Shown here piece after piece: positions 52,953-63,573 of a stretch of 64,000 nt of DNA. The DNA lies in contig CBDBGH010000003.1 in assembly GCA_965205265.1 (NCBI GenBank), positions 96,001-160,000 of the forward strand. The letters are read 5' to 3'. The notes below the pieces were generated by a model. The model made no database searches and was not told the DNA's origin. It saw only the letters and a list, made by a program, of their open reading frames with translations. A program made the position numbers and the translations under genes. The stretch comes from Alphaproteobacteria bacterium (lineage in GTDB: Bacteria > Pseudomonadota > Alphaproteobacteria > Bin95). How positions within the stretch are numbered: position 1 is the first letter of the stretch; each line of letters starts with the position of its first letter.

Positions 52953-53116
52953 GCAGTCAACAACATGTTTGAAATCCGCGACACTTGTTTGCAGTCACCG
53001 ATGCGAACGGTCGCCCCGATGCCCGCTGCCGTGCTATCTCTCGCGCCTCTTCGGGGAACGGCGATGAACGGCGGTTTTGCGGCCCGGCGCGGCGGCGGGC
53101 GGGGCAGGGGATGACG

Positions 53117-54499
53117 ATGCGCTATCTCAGCACGCGCGGCGAGGCGGCGGAGCGGGACTTTTCCGGCGTCCTGCTGACCGGCCTCGCCGAGGATGGCGGG
53201 CTCTGGCAGCCGGCGGCATGGCCCCGGCTGGACGAGGCGGCGCGCGCGCCGGGCGCGGGCTATGCGGCGCGCGCCTTCGCGGTCACCCGGCCCTTTGTCG
53301 CGGGCGGGCTGGAGGCGGAGGACTGGCGGGCGCTGCTGGCCGATGTCTATGCGGGCTTCCGCCACCCGGCGGTCGCGCCGCTCGTGCAGCTCGACACCAA
53401 TCTCTGGCTGATGGAGCTTTTCCACGGCCCGACCTTCGCCTTCAAGGACCTGGCGATGCAGGCGCTCGGGCGGCTGTTCGACCTCGTGCTGAAGGCGCGC
53501 GGCGAGAGCATCACCATTATCGGCGCGACCTCCGGCGACACCGGCGCGGCGGCCGTGGAAGCGGTCCGGGGCCTGGAGACCATCGACCTCGTCATGCTCT
53601 ACCCGCACGGGCGCATCTCGGAGGTGCAGCGCCGGCAGATGACCACGGTGGAGGAACCCAATATCCACACGGTCGCGCTCGAAGGCACCTTCGACGACTG
53701 CCAGGACCTGGTGAAGGCGCTTTTCGCCGACACCCGGCTGCGCGAGGACTGGCGCTTCGCCGCCGTCAATTCGATCAACTGGGCCCGCGTCATGGTCCAG
53801 ACGGTCTATTACATCCATGCGGCGGCGCAGCTCGGCGGCGGGCCCGTCGCCTTCTCCGTGCCGAGCGGCAATTTCGGCAATGTCTATGCGGGCTGCGCCG
53901 CGCGCGAGATGGGCCTCGACGCGCCGCGCTTCATCGTCGGCTCCAACAGCAACGACATCCTCGCGCGCTTCTTCGAGGCGGGCGACATGTCCACAAGGCC
54001 GGTGACGCCCAGCTGGTCGCCCTCCATGGACATCCAGGTGTCCAGCAACTTCGAGCGCCTGCTGCACGACCTGCTGGAGCGCGACGGGCCGGCCGTCGCC
54101 CGGCATATGGCGGCCTTCCGGCAAAGCGGGCGGCTGCCGCTCGACGAAGCGCGCTGGCGGGCGGCGCGCCGGCTGTTCCGGGGCCATGCGGTGGACGACG
54201 AGGGCACATTGGCCGAGATCGCGCGCACCCACGGTGCAACCGGCATGACCGTCGATCCGCACACCGCCGTCGGCATTGCCGCCGCCCGGGCGCTGCGCGA
54301 CCCCGCCATGCCGACGGTTGCGCTCGCGACCGCGCACCCGGCCAAGTTCCCCGAGGCGGTGGCGCGCGCCATCGGCCGCCGCCCGCCGCTGCCCGACGCG
54401 CTTGCCGCGCAGGCGGCGCGCCCCGAGCGGGCGGCGCGCATGGCGAACGATCTCGGCCTTCTCAAGACCTTCATCCGCGAAAGGGTGCGCCGGCCATGA
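53117..54499 (+). CDS. thrC: Threonine synthase
   Basis: MRYLSTRG, ELFHGPTFAFKD, ATSGDTG, NSINWAR, PSGNFGN. Confidence 0.96.
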   Translation: MRYLSTRGEAAERDFSGVLLTGLAEDGGLWQPAAWPRLDEAARAPGAGYAARAFAVTRPFVAGGLEAEDWRALLADVYAGFRHPAVAPLVQLDTNLWLMELFHGPTFAFKDLAMQALGRLFDLVLKARGESITIIGATSGDTGAAAVEAVRGLETIDLVMLYPHGRISEVQRRQMTTVEEPNIHTVALEGTFDDCQDLVKALFADTRLREDWRFAAVNSINWARVMVQTVYYIHAAAQLGGGPVAFSVPSGNFGNVYAGCAAREMGLDAPRFIVGSNSNDILARFFEAGDMSTRPVTPSWSPSMDIQVSSNFERLLHDLLERDGPAVARHMAAFRQSGRLPLDEARWRAARRLFRGHAVDDEGTLAEIARTHGATGMTVDPHTAVGIAAARALRDPAMPTVALATAHPAKFPEAVARAIGRRPPLPDALAAQAARPERAARMANDLGLLKTFIRERVRRP

Positions 54500-55710
54500 G
54501 CGTCACCGTCTCCACCCTGCCGAACGGCCTCCGGGTCGCGACCGACACCGTGAAGACCGTCGAGACCGTCTCGCTCGGCATGTGGGTCGGCGTCGGCACG
54601 CGCCATGAGCGCGAGGCCGAGAACGGCGTCTCGCACCTGCTGGAGCACATGGCCTTCAAGGGCACGGAGCGGCGCACGGCCGGCGATATCGCCCGCGAGA
54701 TCGAGGCGGTGGGCGGGTTCCTCAACGCCTATACCGCGCGCGAGGTCACGGCCTATTACGCCAAAGTGCTGAAGGAGGATGCCCCGCTCGCGGTCGATAT
54801 CCTGGCCGACATCCTGACCGGCTCCGTCTTCGACGCGGAGGAGCTGGAGCGTGAGCGCACCGTCATCCTCCAGGAGATCGGGCAGGCGCAGGACTTCCCG
54901 GAAGACGTGGCGTTCGACCTGTTCCAGGAGACCGCCTATCCCGCCCAGGCGATGGGGCGCAGCATTCTCGGCCGCCCCGAGGTGGTGCGTTCGCTGCCGA
55001 GAGAGGCTGTGGCGGGCTGGATGGGCGAACGCTACCGGGCGCCCGCCATGGTGCTGGCGGCGGCGGGGCATATCGAGCACGAGACGCTGCGGGGCCTCGC
55101 GGAACGCCATTTCGCGGGCCTGCCGGACACGCCTGCGCCGGTGCCGGAGCCAGCCCGCTATGCCGGCGGCGAGGCGCGCGAGGCCCGCGACCTTGAGCAG
55201 GCCCACCTCGTGCTCGGCTTCGAGGGGCCGAGCTTCCGGGAGGCCGGCTTCTACCCCGCGCAGGTGTTCTCGACCCTCTATGGCGGCGGCATGTCCTCGC
55301 GGCTCTTCCAGGAGGTGCGGGAGAAGCGCGGGCTGGTCTATGCGATCTATTCCTTCGCGTCGTCGGCCGCCGATACCGGGCTGGTGGGCGTCTATGCCGG
55401 CACGGCGCAGGAGAATGCGGAGGAAGTGCTCGCCATCGTGCGCGGCGAACTGGAGGACCTGGCGGACGGCGGGCCGGACGAGGACGAGCTCGCCCGCGCC
55501 CGCGCGCAGCTTCGCGCCAGCCTGCTGATGGCGCGCGAGAGCACCTCCTCGCGCTGCGAGCAGCTCGCCCAGCAGCTCCTGGTCCACAACCGCCCGATCC
55601 CGCCGGAGGAGCTGACCGAGCGGGTCGAGGCGGTGGGCGCCGCCGAAGTCATGGGCATCGCCGCCCGCTACGCCGGCGCGCCCCCGAGCCTCGTGGTGCT
55701 GGGGCCCTGA
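54496..55710 (+). CDS. M16 (pitrilysin) family peptidase
   Basis: HLLEHMAFKGT, SSRLFQEVREKRGL; follows thrC. Confidence 0.93.
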   Translation: MSVTVSTLPNGLRVATDTVKTVETVSLGMWVGVGTRHEREAENGVSHLLEHMAFKGTERRTAGDIAREIEAVGGFLNAYTAREVTAYYAKVLKEDAPLAVDILADILTGSVFDAEELERERTVILQEIGQAQDFPEDVAFDLFQETAYPAQAMGRSILGRPEVVRSLPREAVAGWMGERYRAPAMVLAAAGHIEHETLRGLAERHFAGLPDTPAPVPEPARYAGGEAREARDLEQAHLVLGFEGPSFREAGFYPAQVFSTLYGGGMSSRLFQEVREKRGLVYAIYSFASSAADTGLVGVYAGTAQENAEEVLAIVRGELEDLADGGPDEDELARARAQLRASLLMARESTSSRCEQLAQQLLVHNRPIPPEELTERVEAVGAAEVMGIAARYAGAPPSLVVLGP

Positions 55711-55727
55711 ACGAAGGAAGGAAAAAC

Positions 55728-56465
55728 ATGGCGAAAACGGCAATTGTGACGGGCGGGAGCCGGGGGATCGGGGCTTCGGTCTGCCGGCTGCTCGGGGCCG
55801 ATGGCTGGAACGTCGTCGTGAACTATGCCGGCCGGGCCGATGCCGCTGAGGCGGTCGTGCGCGATGTCGAAACTGCCGGCGGGCGGGCGCTCGCGGTGCA
55901 GGCGGATGTGGCCCGCAAGGCCGATGTGGAGCGGCTGTTCGCCGCGAGCGACGAGGCGTTCGGGGGGCTCGACGCGCTGGTGAACAATGCCGGCGTGATC
56001 GGGCGTCGGGGCCGGTTCGAGGAACTCGACGATGCGGTGATGGAAGAGGTGCTCGCCGTCAATGTGCTCGGCTGCATGCTCTGCGCGCACGCCGCGATCC
56101 CGCGCCTCTCGACCCGGCACGGGGGGCGCGGCGGTTCCATCGTCAATGTCTCCTCGGGCAATGCCGTGTCGGGCGGGCCGGGGGAGTCCGTGCTCTACAG
56201 CGTCTCCAAGGGCGCGGTGAACTCGCTCACCATCGGCCTCTCGCAGGAACTCGCCGGGGAGGGCATCCGGGTCAACACCGTCAGCCCCGGCCTCACCGAC
56301 ACCGACATGCCGGGGCCGGACAAGATAGCCGCCATCGGCCCCACCATCCCGATGGGGCGGGTCGCGCATCCCGACGAGATCGCGGAGGGCGTGGTCTGGC
56401 TCATCTCCGGCAAGGCCTCCTATGTCGCGGGCGCCAACCTCCGCATCGGCGGCGGCCGCCCCTGA
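55728..56465 (+). CDS. SDR family oxidoreductase
   Basis: TGGSRGIG, NNAG, YSVSK. Confidence 0.92.
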   Translation: MAKTAIVTGGSRGIGASVCRLLGADGWNVVVNYAGRADAAEAVVRDVETAGGRALAVQADVARKADVERLFAASDEAFGGLDALVNNAGVIGRRGRFEELDDAVMEEVLAVNVLGCMLCAHAAIPRLSTRHGGRGGSIVNVSSGNAVSGGPGESVLYSVSKGAVNSLTIGLSQELAGEGIRVNTVSPGLTDTDMPGPDKIAAIGPTIPMGRVAHPDEIAEGVVWLISGKASYVAGANLRIGGGRP

Positions 56466-56631
56466 CGCCGGGCCGCCGGCCTTGCAAGGGCAGGGCGGGC
56501 CGCTAAACTCACCCGCAGGGCGGTTGTATTCCGGCCCGGGGGGACTCTTGGGAAACGAGGCCTTTCTCGGCGGACGCGGCGCCTGTGCTGCCGCAATGCC
56601 GGCGGCGGATGCGTCAACAGGAGGGACTGAT

Positions 56632-57630
56632 ATGCAAACACGGAAGTACGGCCGCTCGGCCGGCCAATTCGCCAGGCTCGGGATTTCGGCGCTGGCGATT
56701 GCGGCGCTCGGCATTCCGGCCGCCCAGGTGCTGGCGGAAGACGACTTTCCGTCCAAGACCATCGAGGTCGTGACCCATGCGGGCGCCGGCGGCGGCACGG
56801 ATGTGAACTCGCGCATGATGATGCTGAGAGCGCGGCGCACGCTGAAGACCGACATGGTGGTGGTCAACAAGCGCGGCGGCAACGGCGCGCTCGCCATGCA
56901 GTATTTCAAGAGCCGCCCGGCGGACGGCTACACCATCATGACCTTCACCAACGGCCATGCGCTCACCATGGCGCTCGGCAAGTCGGACCTGAAGGTTGCA
57001 GACATGCGCCCGCTTGCGCGCGGCACCAACGACCCGCAGGTGCTGATGGTCAACTGCAAGACCTCGCCCTACAAGAGCTCCGACGAGTTCCTGGCCGGCG
57101 TGCGCGAGACCAAGCTGAAATTCGGCACCACGAACATCGGCGGCCTGGACCACATCACGGCCTTCGTGTTCGCCAAGCGCGCCGAAGCGGTGCAGCCGAC
57201 CATCGTGCCCTTCAAGGGCGGCGGCGAGCTTGCCACGCAGCTGGTTGCCGGCTCCATCGATGTGGGCGTGTTGAACCTCTCCGAGGCCTCCGCGCAGATC
57301 GAGGCCGGGGATATCTGCCCGATGGTCGTGCTGCACACCGAGCGCATGAAGCCGATCCCCGATGTGAAGACCGCAAGGGAGATGGGCGTCGATGTGGTGT
57401 TCGCCACGGTGCGCGGCTTCGTGACCCATGCCGGCGTGGACGACGCCAAGGCGGCAAAGCTCGAAAAGGGCATGTTGAAGGCCATGGGGCACAGCATTTA
57501 CCAGGCCTATCTGACCACGTCCGGCCTGGACAACACCTCGGTGCTGGGCTCTGCGGAGTGGGGCGCGCAGATCGAGCAACTCCTCCAGGACCTGATCCCG
57601 GCCGCCAAGGAAATGGGCCTGGTGAAATGA
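56632..57630 (+). CDS. tctC: Tripartite tricarboxylate transporter substrate-binding protein
   Basis: Signal peptide; AGGGTD, ADGYTI, PFKGGG. Confidence 0.88.
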   Translation: MQTRKYGRSAGQFARLGISALAIAALGIPAAQVLAEDDFPSKTIEVVTHAGAGGGTDVNSRMMMLRARRTLKTDMVVVNKRGGNGALAMQYFKSRPADGYTIMTFTNGHALTMALGKSDLKVADMRPLARGTNDPQVLMVNCKTSPYKSSDEFLAGVRETKLKFGTTNIGGLDHITAFVFAKRAEAVQPTIVPFKGGGELATQLVAGSIDVGVLNLSEASAQIEAGDICPMVVLHTERMKPIPDVKTAREMGVDVVFATVRGFVTHAGVDDAKAAKLEKGMLKAMGHSIYQAYLTTSGLDNTSVLGSAEWGAQIEQLLQDLIPAAKEMGLVK

Positions 57631-57661
57631 CGGCCTGAGCCGGGGAAGCCGGACCCGGCTC

Positions 57662-58168
57662 ATGGCTGCCGGCGCACCGGCCGGCCGGGCGGAAGCGCCC
57701 GGCCGGAGCCGCTGGCTGGACTACGGGGTCCCCGCGACGGTCTTCGCATTCTGCGCGGCCGTGATCCATTTCAGCACGACCTTCGAGGAAGTGCCGGAGA
57801 TCATCGTCGGGGACTCGATGCAGCCGCGCGTCTTCCCCATCTTCCTGATGGTCGTCATGGGGCTGCTCAATCTGGCGCTCATCCTGCAGATCGCGAGGAA
57901 CCCGCCGAAACGGGCGGACCGCGAGCCTGCGGCGACCTGGATCACGGTCGTGCTGATGGGCGCCTTTTACATCCTGGCCGAGCATGTGGACATGATGCTG
58001 GCGCTCCCGGCGGCGATCTTCTGCATGTGCGTCTTCTGGGGCGAAAGGCGGCTCTGGGTCGCGGGCCTGACCGCAGTCGCCACCACATGCGCGATTTTCT
58101 TCAGCTTCGACCTCGTGCTGGAAGTGCGCTTCCCGCGGGGGCTGCTGACGAACCTCTATTACGGATAA
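57662..58168 (+). CDS. tctB: TctB family small membrane subunit
   Basis: Hydrophobic, PRVFP, lies between tctC and tctA. Confidence 0.85.
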   Translation: MAAGAPAGRAEAPGRSRWLDYGVPATVFAFCAAVIHFSTTFEEVPEIIVGDSMQPRVFPIFLMVVMGLLNLALILQIARNPPKRADREPAATWITVVLMGAFYILAEHVDMMLALPAAIFCMCVFWGERRLWVAGLTAVATTCAIFFSFDLVLEVRFPRGLLTNLYYG

Positions 58169-58181
58169 CGGAGATAGGGCG

Positions 58182-59675
58182 ATGATTGGCGACGCGCTGA
58201 TGTCGATGTTCTCCGTGCTGAGCGATCCCTACCTGATGGGGCTCATCCTCGTCACGACGGTAGGCGGGGTGGTCATCGGGGCGCTGCCGGGCCTCGGTGC
58301 GACCACCGGCGCGGCCCTCCTGCTGCCCTTCACGCTCACGATGGACCCGGTGCCGGCGATCGCGGTGCTGACGACCATCTATGTCTCGGCGACCTTCGCC
58401 GGCGCGATTACCGCCATTCTCATCAACACGCCCGGCACTTCGGCGGCGGCGGCAACCTGCCTCGACGGCTTCCCGCTCGCGCAGCGCGGCGAGGCCGGCC
58501 GCGCGCTCGGTATCGCCGTGGTCGCCAGCACCATAGGCGGCGTCTTCTCCGTCATCGTGCTGGCCATCGCCGCCCCGCTGCTTGCCAGGGTGGCCTACGA
58601 GTTCCGGCCGCCGGAATATTTCGCGCTCACTGTCTTCGGCCTCTCCATGCTGGCCTCGATCTCGGAGGGCGGCGCGGTCAAGAACCTGATGGGCGGCCTG
58701 TTCGGGGTCTGGCTCGCCACCATCGGAGCCGACGCCAGCACCGGCGTCGAGCGCTTCATGTTCGGCAGCATCGAGCTCTATGAAGGGCTGAATTTCATCC
58801 CCGTGCTCGTCGGCCTGTTCGCGATCAGCGAGCTGCTGGTGCAATCGACGACGCTCAAGCTGGCGATGGAGCGCATCGCGATGAAGGCCGTGCAATTGCC
58901 CAGCATGGCCGACTACAGGAAGATCTGGCGCACCGTGCTCCGGTCGTGCGGCATCGGCACCTTCATCGGCATCCTGCCGGCCGAAGGCGCCACGGTCGCC
59001 TCGATGATCGGCTATTCGGAGGCCAAGCGCTGGTCGCGCACGCCGGAGGAATTCGGCAAAGGCGCGGTCGAGGGCGTGGCCGGGGCGGAGACCGCCAACA
59101 ATGCGGCCACGGGCGGCGCGATGGTGCCGACGCTGGTGCTCGGCATCCCCGGCAGCGGCACGACGGCTGTGATCCTGGTCGGGCTGATGGTCCACGGGCT
59201 CAGGCCCGGCCCGCACCTCTTCACCGAGCAGCTCGACAAGGTCTATGCCATCTTCGGCACGATGTTCGTCGCCAATGCGATGTTCTTCGTCCTCGGCCTG
59301 TTCGCCGCCAAGCTCTTCGCCCGCGTGACGCTGGTGCCCCGCAACATCCTGTGGCCCATCGTGTTCGCGTTCAGCGTGCTCGGTTCCTATGCGCTCGCCC
59401 AGTCCATGCTGGACGTCTATGTGGCGCTGGTCTTCGGTGTCATCGGCTACCTGTTCCGGCGCTTCGGCTTTGCGGTCGCGCCGGTCGCCATCGGCCTCAT
59501 CCTCGGCGAAATGGTCGAGACCAACCTCCAGAACTCTCTGAAAATGTTCGAGGGCGCCTGGTGGGAGATCGGGATGCAGCCGCTTGCCGCGCTGTTCCTC
59601 GCGCTGGCGCTGCTCGGCATCCTGCAGCCCTATATCGTCGGCTGGTTCCGCCGCCGGAAGGCCGCGCGGTCCTGA
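58182..59675 (+). CDS. tctA: TctA family permease
   Basis: GALPGLG, NTPGT, ETANNA, LGIPG. Confidence 0.92.
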   Translation: MIGDALMSMFSVLSDPYLMGLILVTTVGGVVIGALPGLGATTGAALLLPFTLTMDPVPAIAVLTTIYVSATFAGAITAILINTPGTSAAAATCLDGFPLAQRGEAGRALGIAVVASTIGGVFSVIVLAIAAPLLARVAYEFRPPEYFALTVFGLSMLASISEGGAVKNLMGGLFGVWLATIGADASTGVERFMFGSIELYEGLNFIPVLVGLFAISELLVQSTTLKLAMERIAMKAVQLPSMADYRKIWRTVLRSCGIGTFIGILPAEGATVASMIGYSEAKRWSRTPEEFGKGAVEGVAGAETANNAATGGAMVPTLVLGIPGSGTTAVILVGLMVHGLRPGPHLFTEQLDKVYAIFGTMFVANAMFFVLGLFAAKLFARVTLVPRNILWPIVFAFSVLGSYALAQSMLDVYVALVFGVIGYLFRRFGFAVAPVAIGLILGEMVETNLQNSLKMFEGAWWEIGMQPLAALFLALALLGILQPYIVGWFRRRKAARS

Positions 59676-59755
59676 AGCCCGCGCCCCGCGCCCCATGCGG
59701 CTGCGGCCACGAGGCTCTTGGCAAGGGCGCCCTGCCGGGGCAGGCTGCCGGCGCC

Positions 59756-60667
59756 ATGATGGATCGTTTCCCCTACATCCCGCTGCCGGAGCGCCCGAAG
59801 CTCGTCTGGCCCGACGGCAAGCGGCTCGCCGTCTGGGTGCTGCCCAATATCGAGCATTACGAATACCGGCCGGAATTCGTGAACCGGCGCAATGCCTGGC
59901 CGCGCATGCCCGCTCCGGACATCATCGGCTACGGCGTGCGCGACTACGGCAACCGGGTCGGCGTGTGGCGGATGCTCGATTGCTTCGCCCGCCATGGCAT
60001 CAAGGCTACGGTCTCGCTCAATTTCGGCGTGATCGAGCACTATCCGGAGGTGTGGCAGGCGATCCGCGAGCGCGGCGACGACATCCTCTGCCACGGCTTC
60101 TACAACACGCGCTATCTCTGGGGGCTTCCGGAGGAGGACGAGCGCGCCGTCATCCGCGACTGCGTCGAGACCTATGCCCGCGCCACGGGCGGCGAGGCGC
60201 TGCCCGGCTGGTTCGGCCCCGCTGTCTCCGGCACCTTCAACACGGCCGATATCGTCAAGGAGCTCGGCATCAAATACACCGCCGACTACTACCATGACGA
60301 CCAGCCGACCCTGGTGCGCACGAAGCACGGGCCCCTTCCCTGCGTGCCCTACTCGATGGATATCAACGACGCGCAGGTCTATCGCTGGCAGAGCGAGGGC
60401 GAGGAGTTCGCGCGCATGATCCGCGATGCCTTCGACACGCTCTACGAGGAGGGCGCCGAGACCGGGCGGGTGCTCGCGATCTGCCTCCACCCCTTCCTCT
60501 ACGGCCAGCCGCACCGGATCAAATATCTCGACGAGGCGCTCGGCTATGTGATGGGCCATGAGGGCGTCTGGCAGGCGACCGGCTCCGAGATCGCCGACTG
60601 GGCGATGCGGGAATGGCTGCCCTTATGGGCCATGCAGGATGGGGCCATGCCGGAGGCGGGCCCGTGA
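59756..60667 (+). CDS. Polysaccharide deacetylase (PuuE-like) protein
   Basis: WPDGKRLAV, NIEH, DYGNRVGVWR, CHG, LHPFLYGQPHR. Confidence 0.88.
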   Translation: MMDRFPYIPLPERPKLVWPDGKRLAVWVLPNIEHYEYRPEFVNRRNAWPRMPAPDIIGYGVRDYGNRVGVWRMLDCFARHGIKATVSLNFGVIEHYPEVWQAIRERGDDILCHGFYNTRYLWGLPEEDERAVIRDCVETYARATGGEALPGWFGPAVSGTFNTADIVKELGIKYTADYYHDDQPTLVRTKHGPLPCVPYSMDINDAQVYRWQSEGEEFARMIRDAFDTLYEEGAETGRVLAICLHPFLYGQPHRIKYLDEALGYVMGHEGVWQATGSEIADWAMREWLPLWAMQDGAMPEAGP

Positions 60668-61575
60668 GCGAACAGACGCGCCGCTACCGCGACGGCCCCG
60701 GCTACGACCATCCCTGGTTCGACTGGCCGCCGCCGGAGGCTCCAACCGTCTGGCCCGGCGGCGCGCGTCTTGCGGTCATGCCGCTCATCCATGTCGAGCA
60801 TTTCGAGCTGGACCCCGACCCAAACGCTTTCGGAGACCCGCGCTTCGCCGGCGCGCTCGGCAGCTACCGGCCAGACTACAACAATTTCACCCGCTGGCTC
60901 TACGGGCTGCGCGTCGGCGTCTGGCGCCTGTTCGATATCCTGAAGGCGCACGGCCTCCGGGCGACCGTCGCGCTGGGGGCCGCCGCCGCCGAGGAGTGCC
61001 CGCAGATCGTCGAGCGCGCGCTTGCCGACGGCCACGGCATCGCCGCGCACGGCACGGTCGCCAACCGGATGATCTCCGAGCGCATGGACGAGGCGGAGGA
61101 GCGCGCCTTCATCGCGGAATCGGCCGCGCGGCTGGAAGCCTGTATCGGCCGCCGCCCGCGCGGCTGGGTCGGGCAGGACCACGGCGAGAGCTCGCGCACG
61201 CCGGGCCTGCTGGCGGAGGCGGGCTTCGACCATGTGATCGACTGGCCGAACGACGAACGCCCGGTGGCCATGCGCACCGAGCCGCCCATCGTCTCGATCC
61301 CGGCCCACACGGAATGGGACGATGCGGAGCTGTTCGCCGTGCGCAAGGTCGATGCGTGGCGCTATCCCGAGCTCGTCGCCGACGCCGCCGAGTGCCTGCA
61401 CGGCGAAGGCGGGCGCATGATGACGCTCGGCATCCACCCCTGGATCTTCGGCCAGCCCCACCGCAGCCGCCATCTCGACGCGGCTCTCGGCCGGCTGATG
61501 GAATTCGACGGCATCTGGAACGGGACCTCGGACGAGATTGCCGATCTGGCGCTGGGGAAGATCCGCATCGTTTGA
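60664..61575 (+). CDS. Polysaccharide deacetylase (PuuE-like) protein, paralogue
   Basis: WPGGARLAV, YGLRVGVWR, AHG, HPWIFGQPHR. Confidence 0.88.
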   Translation: MSEQTRRYRDGPGYDHPWFDWPPPEAPTVWPGGARLAVMPLIHVEHFELDPDPNAFGDPRFAGALGSYRPDYNNFTRWLYGLRVGVWRLFDILKAHGLRATVALGAAAAEECPQIVERALADGHGIAAHGTVANRMISERMDEAEERAFIAESAARLEACIGRRPRGWVGQDHGESSRTPGLLAEAGFDHVIDWPNDERPVAMRTEPPIVSIPAHTEWDDAELFAVRKVDAWRYPELVADAAECLHGEGGRMMTLGIHPWIFGQPHRSRHLDAALGRLMEFDGIWNGTSDEIADLALGKIRIV

Positions 61576-61635
61576 TGGGCCTGGCGGGATGGCGTATCGT
61601 GGCCGCAGTCTTGCCGGCGCGTGGAAAGGGCCGTG

Positions 61636-61836
61636 ATGGAAAGCGATACGACGGCGATCATCTTCTCCGTTATCGGTGTCGGCGTTGTCCTGGCGGGGCT
61701 GATTCTTACCGTGACGGGCCGTCTGAGCACCCGGTTGACGGCCGTGGAGAAGGAAACCGCCCGGCTTGCCGGACTGCTCGAGGGATTGGGGCTGGTAGGG
61801 CGGACGGCTCCCCGCGCCTCCGGCGACGCAGATTAG
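61636..61836 (+). CDS. Small membrane-anchored coiled-coil protein
   Basis: AIIFSVIGVGVVLAGLIL...RLTAVEKETARLAGLLEGL. Confidence 0.65.
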   Translation: MESDTTAIIFSVIGVGVVLAGLILTVTGRLSTRLTAVEKETARLAGLLEGLGLVGRTAPRASGDAD

Positions 61837-61986
61837 GCGCGGGTTTCGCGAGAAAAGCGCCGGCTACGATAGCGCTCCCCTAAACCGGAAAATTCCAAGA
61901 CAACACAGGCGGATGGGGCAGTTGCCGAGGCCGGGGCGATGTTGAGGCGCTGCGGGGCCCGGGAATCGAATATGAAGGATGATCCA

Positions 61987-63525
61987 ATGAACGGCGCGGA
62001 AAGCCTTGTGACGACGCTTGTGGGCGGCGGGGTCGATGTCTGCTTCACCAATCCCGGCACCTCGGAGATGCATTTCGTGGCGGCGCTCGACCGCGTGGAC
62101 GGGATGCGCTCGGTGCTCTGCCTGTTCGAGGGCGTGGTGTCGGGCGCGGCGGACGGCTACTGGCGCATGGCGCGGCGGCCGGCGGCGACCCTGCTGCATC
62201 TGGGGCCGGGCCTCGGCAATGCGGTCGCCAACCTGCACAACGCGAAGAAGGCGCATTCCGGCATCGTCAATATCGTCGGCGAGCACGCCACCTTCCATAT
62301 CGAGCACGACGCGCCGCTGACCGCCGATATCGAGGGCATCGCCCGGCCCGTATCGCACTGGGTCCGCACCTCGCGCGACTCCACCGCGGTCGCCGAGGAC
62401 GGCGCGCAGGCCATCGCAGAGGCCATGGCGGCGCCGGGGCGGATCGCAACGCTGATCCTGCCGGGCGACACAGCCTGGAACGCCGCGAACGGTATAGCCG
62501 CCGTGCCCGAGGTCGCGCCGCCCGCGCAGGTGTCCGAAGAAGCGGTCGCAGCGGCGGCCGAAGCAACGGGCGAGGGCTGCATGCTGCTGCTGAGCGGCGA
62601 TGCGCTGACGGAACAGGGCCTCGCGCTCGCCGGCGCGGTTGCAGCGAAGACGGGCTCGGCCATTCTGGCCCAGACCTCCAACGCGGTGCTCCAGCGGGGC
62701 GCGGGGCGGGTGCCGGTCGGCCGCGTGCCCTTCCCGGTGCTGCAGGCGGTGGAGCAGTTGAAGGACGTGCATACGGTCGTGCTTGTCGGCGCGAAAGCCC
62801 CGGTCGCCTTCTTCGGCTATCCCGACCGGCCGAGCGTCGTGACCTCGGACGATTGCGAAATCCTCTGCCTCGCCGCCATCGAGGAGGACCAGCTGGATGC
62901 GCTGGAACGGCTCGCGGACCGGGTGGGCGCGCGGGCGGAGGACGCGCCGGTGCAGAAGCCCTTCCGGCCGGACCTGCCGACGGGCGCCTTCGACCTCGAC
63001 AAGCTCGCGGCAATCCTCGGCAACGCCATCCCGGAAAACGCGATCTGCGTGGACGAATCCGTGACCACCGGGCGCGGTTTCTACCCGCTGACGGCCGGCG
63101 CGCCGCCGCATGACTGGCTGCAGAACATGGGCGGCTCCATCGGCTATGGCGGGCCCTGCGCGGTCGGCGCGGCCATCGCCTGCCCGGACCGCAAGGTGCT
63201 GGCGATGATCGGCGACGGCAGCGCCATGTACACGATCCAGGCGCTCTGGACGATGGCGCGCGAGAACCTCGACATCACCGTCGTGATCTGGGCCAACCGC
63301 AGCTACCGGATACTCGTGGGCGAGCTTGCCAATGTCGGCGCCGGCAATCCGGGCCGCAAGGCGCTGGACATGCTGGATATCGGCCGGCCGGACATGAACT
63401 TCGTCGAGATGGCGCGCGGCATGGGCGTGGACGGCGAGCGCGCCGAGGACTGCGAGGGCCTTGTCCGGGCGCTCGGCCGCGCCAATGCCGACCGCGGCCC
63501 CTACCTGATCGAGGCGGTTCTCTGA
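61987..63525 (+). CDS. ThDP-dependent acetolactate synthase large subunit-like enzyme
   Basis: MNGAESL, NPGTSEMH, LLHLGPG, GDGSAMY. Confidence 0.9.
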   Translation: MNGAESLVTTLVGGGVDVCFTNPGTSEMHFVAALDRVDGMRSVLCLFEGVVSGAADGYWRMARRPAATLLHLGPGLGNAVANLHNAKKAHSGIVNIVGEHATFHIEHDAPLTADIEGIARPVSHWVRTSRDSTAVAEDGAQAIAEAMAAPGRIATLILPGDTAWNAANGIAAVPEVAPPAQVSEEAVAAAAEATGEGCMLLLSGDALTEQGLALAGAVAAKTGSAILAQTSNAVLQRGAGRVPVGRVPFPVLQAVEQLKDVHTVVLVGAKAPVAFFGYPDRPSVVTSDDCEILCLAAIEEDQLDALERLADRVGARAEDAPVQKPFRPDLPTGAFDLDKLAAILGNAIPENAICVDESVTTGRGFYPLTAGAPPHDWLQNMGGSIGYGGPCAVGAAIACPDRKVLAMIGDGSAMYTIQALWTMARENLDITVVIWANRSYRILVGELANVGAGNPGRKALDMLDIGRPDMNFVEMARGMGVDGERAEDCEGLVRALGRANADRGPYLIEAVL

Positions 63526-63573
63526 CAAAACCGTAACTGGACCGCCTCGGGGCCGGGAAGCATAATCGCCGCT

